Shown: positions 1-10,302 of the stretch, piece after piece
Layout: every line of letters begins with the position of its first letter
Numbering within the stretch: position 1 is the first letter of the stretch
Source of the DNA: a virus
IMG/VR virus record: IMGVR_UViG_3300025012_000056
Direction: 5' to 3' (one strand)
Length of the DNA: 64,000 nucleotides
The notes under the pieces: generated by a model
What the model saw: only the letters and a program-made list of their open reading frames with translations
Told to the model about the DNA's origin: nothing
The model's database searches: none
Made by a program: the position numbers and the translations under genes

Positions 1-5
1 CTAAT

Positions 6-1301
6 TTGAATTGGGTTGATAGGGATTATCTTGATTTTTGGAGAACAATATGTTGTTTTTATGCTATGATTGTAGTTTATGCTCGTCATTTTGAAACATT
101 TGGTTCAGACGAAAAATTGTTGTTAGAATATCTAAAACAAAAAGGTTTGAATTTGTGCGATAATGTAAGCATACAAACTTTAATATATTTGAAGGAAAAT
201 TATTTTGATGAAATAAGACAAAGAGGAACTGTGAGAATATACAAGGAGAAGTATTCAAATCAATTAAATTTAACATCAATATTTCATTCAAAGTCTGTAG
301 ATGACAAACAAGTCAATGGAGAATTGTTGCGATTGTTATGTTATAATAACATTGATGAGTTTATTTTTAATTTAGTTGAGAAACATCACATTGGTTGGAA
401 CATTGATAATTCCAGCCCTCTTTTTAAGGGAATGACAAATCAATTAACTGTTAATAAGGCATATGAAGATACGGAAGACTTTGTTTCTCTAACAAAAATC
501 CCAATATTTAATTCAGCCTACTGTTCTTTAGAAAATGATTTTATTGATGGTAAATGGACTTTTAAAATACAGGGAGTTCCAATAGGGCAAAGAGCAGGGA
601 TTTCTCATAATTTAACAACGCCAAACATTACGGATTTTACAAAATGTATAAAAGTTAATGAAAATTTAGATTATGAGATAACATTTTTTGTAAAGTGCCC
701 AACAATAGACGATAGTGATTCAGACAGTAGCTCTGATAGTTTTGTGGCGAACTTAGGGCAATATTTAACATTTGGAGTCGTTGGGTTAGATCAAAATAAT
801 AATATAAAGGATTTAATTAATATCAATACAGGGTTGGCGAGTAATGTATTTGTAACGTCTTACCAGCTTCCTCAACAGAATAGATATTATTTTGTAAGAG
901 GAATTATTTATAATAAGGATGAAGTATTGAAGAACACTGTTAATTCTTGGCTAAATATTAATACAGGAAATAATTTGAAATTCGTTGAAGGAGTTACAAA
1001 GATTATCCCTCAGATAATAATTGAAAATCAAATTGATGTGGATAATGCTCTTTATATATGGGATTTAAAGGTTCGACCGTTATCAACGCCATTTTCTAAT
1101 GGATTTATAATGCCGAGAAATTTTATTGAAATATGGTGTTCTCAAAATAATAAGAATTACACAACAGTTCAAGTTGAAGAAATAATAAGAAAATATTTGA
1201 TTCCATATAATTCAACATTTAAGATGATTTATATGGAACCAACAGCGCAACAATCAAGTAGTTCAGGAAGTCAAAGCCAGAGTCAGAGTACGAGCATTTA
1301 A
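6..1301 (+). CDS. Phage tail/baseplate structural protein, probably 5'-truncated by the window edge
   Basis: 431-aa ORF with a TTG start at the window edge, leading a block of beta-rich ORFs; Ser-rich C-tail. Function inferred from context only. Confidence 0.45.
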   Translation: MNWVDRDYLDFWRTICCFYAMIVVYARHFETFGSDEKLLLEYLKQKGLNLCDNVSIQTLIYLKENYFDEIRQRGTVRIYKEKYSNQLNLTSIFHSKSVDDKQVNGELLRLLCYNNIDEFIFNLVEKHHIGWNIDNSSPLFKGMTNQLTVNKAYEDTEDFVSLTKIPIFNSAYCSLENDFIDGKWTFKIQGVPIGQRAGISHNLTTPNITDFTKCIKVNENLDYEITFFVKCPTIDDSDSDSSSDSFVANLGQYLTFGVVGLDQNNNIKDLININTGLASNVFVTSYQLPQQNRYYFVRGIIYNKDEVLKNTVNSWLNINTGNNLKFVEGVTKIIPQIIIENQIDVDNALYIWDLKVRPLSTPFSNGFIMPRNFIEIWCSQNNKNYTTVQVEEIIRKYLIPYNSTFKMIYMEPTAQQSSSSGSQSQSQSTSI

Positions 1302-1311
1302 AATAAAAGTT

Positions 1312-3597
1312 ATGGAACTGAAATATGCAACAGAATTATTTTTAGGAAAATATGAACTTCAAAGATTGAAGGAATCATTGGACGATAATGGTTTTAGGGA
1401 ATTTTTATTAGACGATTCATTATCTTTTGGGTTAATAAAGAATACAAAGGACAATACATTTTCTAATGGATTAGTAGAAGTGGGAAGTAATGTGGGAACA
1501 ATTAAACATAGTCTTCTTAAGGCTATTGATAAAAATGGTAAATTAATTTATAAAACAGCGGAAGATCTTATCACTCTTACAGATAATAATTTGTGGTATT
1601 GGGTCAAAATAAAACATCAATATTCTTCCCAGGAATTAGGGACAGTTTCAGTGGATAATAGTGGGAATTTAACAGGAGTTGGAACTGAATTTTTAAAGAC
1701 TTTGAGAGGACAACCAGAACACCCAACAAAAATAAAATTTTTGAATGCTGTTAATAATACTTTGGAATATGAAGTGTTAGATGTAGTGAGTGATACTGTT
1801 GCTGTTCTTAATTCAATAACTTCTACTGAAATTGATTTATATTATGGGATTATTGGAACATTTACTCCAGGAAAAGTGATTTCCGCTGGGGATAAATATC
1901 CAATTCAATTTGATGATTGTACGCTTTCTCTTATTTTAGAAGTTGTTCCAGATGTTGCTCCAACAGTTATTATTGATGAAGAGTTTTATTTGGCGAGAGT
2001 TAAGAGAAATGGCGCTGCGGTTACAATTCAAGACAAGCGAATAAATTATATTTGGGAAACAAGAGCAGATTATGTTTTAAGAAATTTGTTTAAACCAACG
2101 ACTGGAGCAATACCAGTTATTGGGATTGAAGCAATTAAATATGATTATTCTGTAACACCAAGAGATAAAAATATTATTTATATTGGTTGGTCTTTCAGAT
2201 CAACTAATTGGACTGTTAATACAAATATAAATACAGTTACACTGAATGCTGGAGAGGGAGGAAGATATAAGACGAATGTTGATTTTACAAGTGGAGAATT
2301 TAATGGGTGGCGATTGTATGTAAAAGATGGAACTTATTATAAAATAATAAGTTCTACAAAAGTTGGAGGAGCAATAAATCTTGTTTTAGATTCCTTAGAT
2401 TACAAGAAATTTAGCGTAGATTTAACCCAAGAATTGATAATAACACCAGATGCTGAAGAGATTGAAATAATATTTGTAACAAATCCGGGAGAGGGTTCAG
2501 AATTACCAGATAAGAGATTTGTTTTTAACATTAACAAACCGTATGGGAAATGCGATGTTTTAGTATATGCTGCAACCGGAACATTGTATAATGTTAGATT
2601 TAGATTTAAACAATTAGGACAATATTCCCAGATACAAGTTATTCCGAGTGATACAACTAATGGATTCTATAATGAGAATCAATTTACCGATAAGGGAGTT
2701 ATTGTTGGTTTCCCTGTAAGATCAACTTATGTAACGCATTTAACTAATGGTTTTATTCCTTTGATATTGAGTTCGATAGCATATGTTAATTTTAATTTGG
2801 GAGATCTATTGGGAATAGAGGATTATATATTAACAAACACGACTCCAAAACAAATATATGTAGGAACCAATAAGCAACATTTCATTATATCAGGAAGTCC
2901 AGTTTTGGCTCAAAATAATTTCATTAATTTAAACAAACTATCTTTTTCAGGAGGAGCGATAAGAAATGGCAATAAATTTTGGATCCAATTAAAATGCGCC
3001 CCAACTTTGGGAGCATTTACTTTTAAAATCGTTCAAGATTATGTAGATCCAGTTACTTTTACTTTGTTGAAGGATATTGATTTAAGTTGTGTTGAATTTA
3101 TTAGCAATACAGTTAATGGAATAATTTTATTATTTGAATTTGATGGAGTTAATTGGAGATTAGCTGAATTCAATGAAGTTGATGTCTATAATGATTGGAG
3201 AGATGTTGATTTTGCAGATTTAACCATAGAGGCATATGATACAGGAGGAGTCTATACAGCAGCAACATTTGGCGCTTCTCCTGCGATGAAATATAAGAAG
3301 ATTGGGAATACAATACATTTAAGTTTTGATGATATACAAAATATTGGTTATGATTGTACTCCCAATACATTAATAGGATTCAGGATATCAGGATTAACAG
3401 TATTAGGATTATCTCCAGTTGGAAGAGTTTCTGGAACCATTTGGAGCGGGAGAGGATTAGGACCGCAAGAATATGCTGAGGGAATAGGGAGATATATGAT
3501 TGATGGAGATACAATAGAAGTTAGATTTACAGGAACTGGGTCATTATCCAGTGCAATACAAAATCTTAAGGGACACGCAACATATAAAATAGCATAA
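1312..3597 (+). CDS. Large virion structural protein, putative tail fibre/baseplate component
   Basis: 761 aa, T/G/V/N-rich beta-type composition; C-terminal DWRDV...MKYKKIGNTIHL segment resembles fibre tip domains. Confidence 0.5.
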   Translation: MELKYATELFLGKYELQRLKESLDDNGFREFLLDDSLSFGLIKNTKDNTFSNGLVEVGSNVGTIKHSLLKAIDKNGKLIYKTAEDLITLTDNNLWYWVKIKHQYSSQELGTVSVDNSGNLTGVGTEFLKTLRGQPEHPTKIKFLNAVNNTLEYEVLDVVSDTVAVLNSITSTEIDLYYGIIGTFTPGKVISAGDKYPIQFDDCTLSLILEVVPDVAPTVIIDEEFYLARVKRNGAAVTIQDKRINYIWETRADYVLRNLFKPTTGAIPVIGIEAIKYDYSVTPRDKNIIYIGWSFRSTNWTVNTNINTVTLNAGEGGRYKTNVDFTSGEFNGWRLYVKDGTYYKIISSTKVGGAINLVLDSLDYKKFSVDLTQELIITPDAEEIEIIFVTNPGEGSELPDKRFVFNINKPYGKCDVLVYAATGTLYNVRFRFKQLGQYSQIQVIPSDTTNGFYNENQFTDKGVIVGFPVRSTYVTHLTNGFIPLILSSIAYVNFNLGDLLGIEDYILTNTTPKQIYVGTNKQHFIISGSPVLAQNNFINLNKLSFSGGAIRNGNKFWIQLKCAPTLGAFTFKIVQDYVDPVTFTLLKDIDLSCVEFISNTVNGIILLFEFDGVNWRLAEFNEVDVYNDWRDVDFADLTIEAYDTGGVYTAATFGASPAMKYKKIGNTIHLSFDDIQNIGYDCTPNTLIGFRISGLTVLGLSPVGRVSGTIWSGRGLGPQEYAEGIGRYMIDGDTIEVRFTGTGSLSSAIQNLKGHATYKIA

Positions 3598-3598
3598 A

Positions 3599-4078
3599 AT
3601 GAATTTAGAAGTAAGGACAGCCGTTAAACAAATAGAAAGTGATTCTTTAAATAATTCTGTGGAAATCAATGCTTATTTGTTAAGTTCAACAGAAACAGAT
3701 TCAACATTTAAAGTTGATGATTGTTTTGTTATAAGACGAAGAATACCATGGGCTGATAGAAATACATTTATTTTAGATGTATTTACACATTTGAATATTC
3801 CTTCTTCAAAATGTACGTATCTATTGGTGGATTGTTATCATGAAATTGAATCTTCATTAGATACAACAGATCCAGTTCAATTCAGAGTTACCTTAACTGA
3901 AGATGCCAGTTGCTCTATATCATATCCTGGGCCAGCGGGACATATAGTGCTGGGAAAGTTGTCTAAATTAGAATTTGCCGCAATGTGGGGATTTTCACCA
4001 AATATCTTGATTGATATGTTTGATATAACTTCTGGGAAAACAGCTATTTTACAAGTTATTGTAGGAGTCAAGAAATGA
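3599..4078 (+). CDS. Hypothetical protein, probably structural
   Basis: 159 aa, tightly coupled to neighbours (ATGA overlap at 4075). Confidence 0.55.
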   Translation: MNLEVRTAVKQIESDSLNNSVEINAYLLSSTETDSTFKVDDCFVIRRRIPWADRNTFILDVFTHLNIPSSKCTYLLVDCYHEIESSLDTTDPVQFRVTLTEDASCSISYPGPAGHIVLGKLSKLEFAAMWGFSPNILIDMFDITSGKTAILQVIVGVKK

Positions 4079-4608
4079 AACTATATTACACAGGAGCGGC
4101 AAAATTAAATGCTTGGCAAGCTGATATTAATAAGAGTTTGGGGGGATATCCATCGGAGTGCACCATTCCCAACGATACATTATCAAATCTTTTGTCAGAG
4201 ATTAGCGAATATGCTGCTCGCCAGGGATTAGTGGAAGTGAAAGCAATTGTGTTAAAGAATACATCGGGAGTTGTAGTTAATAATGTGACTTTATATCATA
4301 CTTATCCTGCTAATTGTCTTGTAAAATTGGAATGGGGAGTAGAATCATTGAACAGCAATTTTAAGTTGTCTTCAATACTTAATATAAGAGAGACCCCAAT
4401 GGGAGTTGTTTTTTCAGAACCAAAAACAGTTGGAACTAAATTATCTGTAGTGAGTTCCTTTCCACCGGATGCGATGATTGGTTTTTGGTGTCGTAGAACC
4501 ATTATACTCCCGAATCCCATTGATGCGATAACAACAGCGAATTTGGAAGCATACGTTACAGCGTTAATAAAAACAGAAAAAATATCTGTAAAAATAGATT
4601 GGACATAA
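4075..4608 (+). CDS. Hypothetical protein, probably structural
   Basis: 177 aa, overlaps the stop of the upstream ORF. Confidence 0.55.
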   Translation: MKLYYTGAAKLNAWQADINKSLGGYPSECTIPNDTLSNLLSEISEYAARQGLVEVKAIVLKNTSGVVVNNVTLYHTYPANCLVKLEWGVESLNSNFKLSSILNIRETPMGVVFSEPKTVGTKLSVVSSFPPDAMIGFWCRRTIILPNPIDAITTANLEAYVTALIKTEKISVKIDWT

Positions 4609-4624
4609 GATTGTAAATATCTAA

Positions 4625-6121
4625 ATGGTAATTTTAAGAAAAATCAAATTACGAGTTTATTGTCATTTTAGTGTTATCCATGAAAGAAAGATAGTAGGAG
4701 ATTCACTATCATTTTTTATGCCTGGCTATCAATATTCAGATAAGTTCAATGAGGGATATTGGGACGGGAAGTTGAAATACTTTCACAGACGAGACAATAC
4801 TTTTCCGGTTGGCTTATTAAGTTATGTCGTGAAAGGGTTGGAGAAGGATGGTTTGCAATACAAATTAATAGGTTTTCAAGATAGAAATATTGAGGAGATT
4901 CAATTTAGTTCATTGTTCCTCCAGAAAGAGAGAGATTATCAAAGAAATTGTATCAAAGCATATTTAAAACAAGGATATGGGATAATTATTGTTCCCACAA
5001 GAGGAGGAAAGACTTATTTAGCTGGGGAAATAATAAGATTATTAAAGAGACAGGATTTTGGGAAAATTGTGTTCATTACGGATATATCTGATGCGTTCAA
5101 ACAAGCGATTGATGATATCTCTACAGTATTGGAAATTCCAAGCGAGGATATTGGACAAATTCAAGGAGGAAAGATTGATATTAAGGATATTACTGTTGCG
5201 ATGGTTCAAACATTGCAATCCATTGTAAAAGTTAACAATAGAAAGATACATAAAGAGAGATATGAGGCGATAAAGAAACTAATTAAAGAGACAGGATTAT
5301 TGATAGTTGATGAGGTTCATGAATATGGGGAATCCAGGCCAAGAATGAATTTAATTGAAATGTTTGATTGCGATCGCCTTGGCTTATCAGCGACCCCATT
5401 CAAAGGAAGTAAAATTCAGAAGCTGAATATAAAGAAATTAGTCGGAGATACAGTTTATGAAATAAAGGAAAGAGAGCTTGTAGATCGAAAAGTTTTGGCA
5501 GTTAATAGGATATTACTACTTTTTATAGAACATCAAAGAGAGGACGGAGGATACCGTGAAACGGTAAACAATCTCGTTATAAATAATCAGGCGAGAAATA
5601 AAGTTATCTTGAATATAATAAGAATATGCGAGGATTTGAATTTGAAACTTCTTGTCGTGTTTAATTCAATAAAACATGGTTTAAGGATAAGTAGACAAAG
5701 CGGAGTTGAATTTATTTCAGGGATTGATACAGGAGAAACAAGGTTATTACAAAAAGAGAAGTTTTTATTGGGAAAAGGTGGTTCGTTATTAGTATCACAT
5801 ATTTGGAAAAAAGGTATTACTCTTCCAGAAGTAGAAGTATTATTGAACGCATCTGGCGGAAAAGAACAGTCATTAGTTATACAAATTCGTGGGCGATCTC
5901 TTGGAATTAGTGAAGACAAAAAGAAAGCATTATATATAGATTTTGTTGACTTTGATGAACATTATTTGAGTGAGCATTCCTATCAGCGAATAAGAGCATA
6001 TGAAAAGAAATTGAATAAGGAAAATATAACTATATTGAATGTTGAGGATGAAGATTTTTGGGATGAGACTAATAAATTTATGAAAGAATTTTTTGAAATA
6101 TATGAAGAAAGAGGATTGTAG
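4625..6121 (+). CDS. uvsW: SF2 DNA helicase (UvsW-like)
   Basis: Motif I VPTRGGKT, motif II LIVDEVHE, motif III LGLSATP, motif VI QIRGR. Confidence 0.9.
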   Translation: MVILRKIKLRVYCHFSVIHERKIVGDSLSFFMPGYQYSDKFNEGYWDGKLKYFHRRDNTFPVGLLSYVVKGLEKDGLQYKLIGFQDRNIEEIQFSSLFLQKERDYQRNCIKAYLKQGYGIIIVPTRGGKTYLAGEIIRLLKRQDFGKIVFITDISDAFKQAIDDISTVLEIPSEDIGQIQGGKIDIKDITVAMVQTLQSIVKVNNRKIHKERYEAIKKLIKETGLLIVDEVHEYGESRPRMNLIEMFDCDRLGLSATPFKGSKIQKLNIKKLVGDTVYEIKERELVDRKVLAVNRILLLFIEHQREDGGYRETVNNLVINNQARNKVILNIIRICEDLNLKLLVVFNSIKHGLRISRQSGVEFISGIDTGETRLLQKEKFLLGKGGSLLVSHIWKKGITLPEVEVLLNASGGKEQSLVIQIRGRSLGISEDKKKALYIDFVDFDEHYLSEHSYQRIRAYEKKLNKENITILNVEDEDFWDETNKFMKEFFEIYEERGL

Positions 6122-6713
6122 AAAATATTGTTTGGAGATATATCAGGATTTGTATCGTCAAGTCACTCTTTATTCAGATTTCATTGTGAGCACAACAAAG
6201 AATGATGAGACAACTTTAAATAAATTTGTTGATAGTTTATATAAAATATATGGAGAGCAACAAATCGGCATTAATTTCTTGGCTAATATCATAGAGAGTT
6301 GTTTTACTTATTGGGTCAATCAAAAAACAAAATTCGGGACAGGAATAATAATGTTTAATTGGATATTTGGGAAGAAGTCATTGGATCGCTATGAGTCTAT
6401 TAAACATTTGGATTCAAAAATGAATCCTTACAAAAGTAGAAGTATTAAAAAGATTGTAAGAGCAACTGTTTTAAAGAAATATAATCCGTCTTCAAAGTTA
6501 TTAACAAACAGTGCTAAGTTTACTTCTGTTGTGGAAGAAGAGGAAAAGGCGAGATATTTAAATGAAGATATTGGGTTTGTTTGGTGTTCACAAAACACAA
6601 CATTATATAATCACATGTCTCAATATTGCATGCAATGTAATTATAAAAAAGATTGTAAAGAGACATTGAAAATCAATTACAGTAAAATCTATAAATTGCG
6701 AGGATATGAATAA
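6093..6713 (+). CDS. Hypothetical protein with C-terminal Cys cluster, between two helicases
   Basis: 206 aa, WC...CMQC...C; overlaps both neighbours. Confidence 0.6.
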   Translation: MKYMKKEDCRKYCLEIYQDLYRQVTLYSDFIVSTTKNDETTLNKFVDSLYKIYGEQQIGINFLANIIESCFTYWVNQKTKFGTGIIMFNWIFGKKSLDRYESIKHLDSKMNPYKSRSIKKIVRATVLKKYNPSSKLLTNSAKFTSVVEEEEKARYLNEDIGFVWCSQNTTLYNHMSQYCMQCNYKKDCKETLKINYSKIYKLRGYE

Positions 6714-8043
6714 AGAATTGGATGAGGATTTTTTGGACGAACTATTTAAATGTGCACTTTCTGATAAAACTTTTCTGCAAATATTGGTAGACCATTTGAA
6801 GGTCAATTATCTTCCAGACCAAAGATACAAAGATGTATGGAAAGTTATGCTGAAATTATGGAGAGCAGAGGGAAAAGTTCCAACAATAGGAAAGTTGAAG
6901 TTGGAATTACTGAGAGATACAGATGCTAAGGAAGTTGTTTCAAAAATACGGGATGTTATTGTTCCAGATCAAGAGTCAATATTACAACAATTTGAACAAT
7001 TTATTAAACAAAATAGGTTTGTAGAATTTTACGATGTTGTTGGCGATATTTACAATAAAGGCGATAAGGATAAAGCATTTGAACATTTTGTCAAAGAAGC
7101 TGACGAATTTTCTAAATTTTCTTTGCAATGTGAAACGGACACAAAAGTTTTTAAGGATTTTAATAAGAGACACATTGAAAGATTGACGAAAGACAATAAG
7201 AGATATAAAATTCCGTTCGCTATTGATATGTTAAATGAATTAACAGATGGTGGCAGTGAAACAGGAGAGTCTACTCTTTATTTGGGAGATGTAAATATAG
7301 GAAAATCGACATTATTGGTTGCAGATGGCATTGCAGCTGCGAGAAGAGGATTTAAGGTTGCTCATTTTCAAATTGAAGGCACAAAAGAACAGTGTTGCTC
7401 TCGCTATGATTCCGCTTGGACAGGAATGCTTTACAAGGATATAAAGATGGCTAATATTGATGCGGAGCAATTAAAAAAATTTAGAACAATTACTGATAAA
7501 ATTGGTCGTGGAGAGATATATATAGTAGCATACGAACAATTTGGTCAAAAGACACTTTTGGATATACGAGCAAAATTGATAGAACTTAATAGAGTACATG
7601 GGAAGATTGATCGTGTTATATTGGATTATTTAGAATTGATTGAACCAGGAGATGGCATAAAATATGGTCCGCAATATGAGAGATTTAGACAAACTGCTAT
7701 TTCCAGAGGGTTGAAAAAAATAGCCATGGAATTTAATTGTGATGTCGTGACTGTTACACAAGCGAGTTCTGTTTCTCCACAAGAATTGAATAATCCAGAC
7801 TTTGTTTTTACAAAATATAATTTATCAGAAGATCGTGGGAAGACCAGACCTTTCGACAATCATATCACCCTCAATCAGACCTCTGATGAACGAGCGGAAA
7901 AAATTATGCGATTATATACGGATAAATTTAGACAATACGAAAGAGGTCAAATATTTTCAATAGCTCAAGCTCTTGAGCGTTCAAGATTTTATGATCGTAA
8001 AAGGACTTATGAACTCTTTTTGTATGAGGAGGAAGAAAAATGA
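6706..8043 (+). CDS. dnaB: DnaB-like replicative helicase
   Basis: Walker A LGDVNIGKS, Walker B VILDYLEL, VVTVTQA motif, adjacent to primase. Confidence 0.88.
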   Translation: MNKELDEDFLDELFKCALSDKTFLQILVDHLKVNYLPDQRYKDVWKVMLKLWRAEGKVPTIGKLKLELLRDTDAKEVVSKIRDVIVPDQESILQQFEQFIKQNRFVEFYDVVGDIYNKGDKDKAFEHFVKEADEFSKFSLQCETDTKVFKDFNKRHIERLTKDNKRYKIPFAIDMLNELTDGGSETGESTLYLGDVNIGKSTLLVADGIAAARRGFKVAHFQIEGTKEQCCSRYDSAWTGMLYKDIKMANIDAEQLKKFRTITDKIGRGEIYIVAYEQFGQKTLLDIRAKLIELNRVHGKIDRVILDYLELIEPGDGIKYGPQYERFRQTAISRGLKKIAMEFNCDVVTVTQASSVSPQELNNPDFVFTKYNLSEDRGKTRPFDNHITLNQTSDERAEKIMRLYTDKFRQYERGQIFSIAQALERSRFYDRKRTYELFLYEEEEK

Positions 8044-9056
8044 AAATAGAGGATATTGAAAGGCATTTAAATAATGTTTCTCGCAATAGGAAAGGAAATC
8101 ACATACAAGCTGATTGTCCCTTTTGTGGAAAGGAAAAACATTTTTATCTTAACATTTATAAGGTATTTGAAAAGACCGAAGCGGGATTATACAAGAAATG
8201 CTGGGATTGTAAGCATTGTTTGGAGACTGGTGACCTTACAAAACTGTTAATTGAACTCAATCTCGAGGATCTTTCGCAGGGAGAGACAATTAATCTCAAA
8301 AAACAATTAAACAGAAAGTTAGATGAGATTGAAGAAAACAAAGATGAGGAATTAAATTGTCCCAAGAGGCGACTCCCTGTGGGATTTAAAACGATATATT
8401 GGAATAAATATTTAGAAGATCGTGGTTTTACAAAAGAAAGTTATAAAAGATATGTTGTGGGAAAGACAGATTTGGTAAAAAGATTAAGAAATTATTTGAT
8501 TTTCCCAGTTTATGAAGATAGTGAGGTCAAGGGATTTATGGCGAGATATCCAGAGGAAAAAGAGAAGTTAAAGAAAATTAACGAAGAACGAAAGGAAAAG
8601 AAATTAAAACAAATACTCCGCTGGCAGAATGATCAAATGGATGTAGCCAAATTAATTTACGGCATAGATGAGATAATATTTTCCACAAAAACAGCGATTG
8701 TGGTTGAAGGGTTGTTTGATAAGAAGGCAGTTGATGACGCATTTAATTTGCGTTACAATCCGTATATCAAGTGCGTCCATACATTTGGGAAATCAATTTC
8801 AAAAATTCAGGTATTAAAATTGGTAGTAAAGAAAAAAATTGAAAACATTATTGTAATCCAGGATCCCGACGCTGTTGAAAATACTAAAAGATTTGTAGCT
8901 GAATATGGGAAATACTTCACAAAGATTTGGATCGGATACACTGGGGACAAGGATTTAGGCGATTCTGCACAGGATGAAATCAGAACGGTTTTTGAAAATT
9001 TAAAGAATTCAATAGAATATAATGTGGGAATTGTGTTAAAGAAAAAATTGGTATGA
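8040..9056 (+). CDS. dnaG: DNA primase
   Basis: Zn finger CPFC...CKHC, TOPRIM motifs IVVEGLFD and QDPD, KDLGD. Confidence 0.88.
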   Translation: MKIEDIERHLNNVSRNRKGNHIQADCPFCGKEKHFYLNIYKVFEKTEAGLYKKCWDCKHCLETGDLTKLLIELNLEDLSQGETINLKKQLNRKLDEIEENKDEELNCPKRRLPVGFKTIYWNKYLEDRGFTKESYKRYVVGKTDLVKRLRNYLIFPVYEDSEVKGFMARYPEEKEKLKKINEERKEKKLKQILRWQNDQMDVAKLIYGIDEIIFSTKTAIVVEGLFDKKAVDDAFNLRYNPYIKCVHTFGKSISKIQVLKLVVKKKIENIIVIQDPDAVENTKRFVAEYGKYFTKIWIGYTGDKDLGDSAQDEIRTVFENLKNSIEYNVGIVLKKKLV

Positions 9057-9502
9057 GTGAAAATAAAGATCGGCATATTTCTATATTGAAATTTTTTGAA
9101 GTTTTACAACGAGAATACTACATTGCAGAAATACGCAAGAAAATATACCCATCTCCTAAGGACAAGAAGTATTATAAAAAGGTGATGGACTTTAAGAAAC
9201 AAAAGATTGAAGACATTGCTTTGAAAAATAACTTGGATAGTATCTTTAATAATGATGAAGAGAAAAGGAATTACATTTTACAGATTTATCCTGTTATTGG
9301 TCTTCCAAAGTTTGAATTGACTAATGATGATATAATAAACTATTATAATGAAGGTGCGGAAGTGCGAGTCAATATTGAAGAAAAGAAGCTGACGGGGCAT
9401 ATTGTAAGAGCAACCTTAGAAAAAAATTTAGTGTTTGTGAAATTGAAGGGAGAGTCAATTGAGAAGCCATTCAATTTCCAAGTCGTAACACGAATCTTAT
9501 AA
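9053..9502 (+). CDS. Hypothetical protein
   Basis: 149 aa, ATGA-coupled to primase. Confidence 0.6.
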   Translation: MSENKDRHISILKFFEVLQREYYIAEIRKKIYPSPKDKKYYKKVMDFKKQKIEDIALKNNLDSIFNNDEEKRNYILQIYPVIGLPKFELTNDDIINYYNEGAEVRVNIEEKKLTGHIVRATLEKNLVFVKLKGESIEKPFNFQVVTRIL

Positions 9503-9542
9503 CTGCCTATCTTCCAGTCAATAATAATTTATTTTTGGTATT

Positions 9543-9581
9543 GATTTTGCGATTTCGGGAAAATACCCTTAATTAGCTGCA
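9543..9581 (+). promoter_or_regulatory. Putative promoter, bipartite motif GATTTTGnGATT-N15-TAATTAGCTGCA
   Basis: Same motif and spacing at 51928-51966; both copies are intergenic and just upstream of a start codon. Confidence 0.55.
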
Positions 9582-9601
9582 AAATTGTAAATCAAATTAT
9601 T

Positions 9602-10198
9602 ATGGAAAACAGAGCAAAGCTGGAAGAATTGTTTAAGGAATACGAGAAACTTGCTTACACGTATGCGTCTCGTGTAAATCAATTAGAGAAACTTGGTTTT
9701 GAGTATGAGGATACAGTTCAAGAACTTAAATTGAAGATATGGCTGCTTATACAGTCATACTTAAAAAAGGTTGAGGAGTACAAGAAGACGGGCAAATATC
9801 GTCCAGTACCTTTATTGTATTATATAAAGGCAGGAATTATTAATAAGTTGAGGGATTGGATAACTGTATTGCAAAAGAAAGGGAACTTGGTATCTTTCGG
9901 TGATATAGAGTTTGATATTGGCCGTGAGGATTCCCTTCAGTTGAATTTCCGTGATAAAGAAGTGGTTGTAAACGGAATTGATGTATTGCAAGGATTAGAG
10001 AGGGGTTTTGAGCAGGGAGTTTTTTGTATGTATCTCAAAGGATATAGTATTGACCGAATCAAAGCGACAAATAAAAGAAAAGGTAATGAGGTTCCGAAAG
10101 TCATAAGAGAACAACTTGCGAAGTTAAGGCAACAAAAGGATGATTTGTGTGAAAATCATCCAATTTTTGTTTGTACGTATGAACTTGAGGAACAATAG
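9602..10198 (+). CDS. Sigma-70-like RNA polymerase sigma factor
   Basis: Region-2-like YEDTVQELKLKIW and YIKAGIINKLRD; C-terminal HTH-like YLKGYSIDRI. Confidence 0.6.
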   Translation: MENRAKLEELFKEYEKLAYTYASRVNQLEKLGFEYEDTVQELKLKIWLLIQSYLKKVEEYKKTGKYRPVPLLYYIKAGIINKLRDWITVLQKKGNLVSFGDIEFDIGREDSLQLNFRDKEVVVNGIDVLQGLERGFEQGVFCMYLKGYSIDRIKATNKRKGNEVPKVIREQLAKLRQQKDDLCENHPIFVCTYELEEQ

Positions 10199-10302
10199 AT
10201 TGCAAAGTATTTTTGAAAAAGTTTTGCGAATTGCGGAAACATTAGTTACTTTGCGTTATGATTGTGAAACAAAATTGTAAACTAATATAGGAGAACAAAG
10301 CA

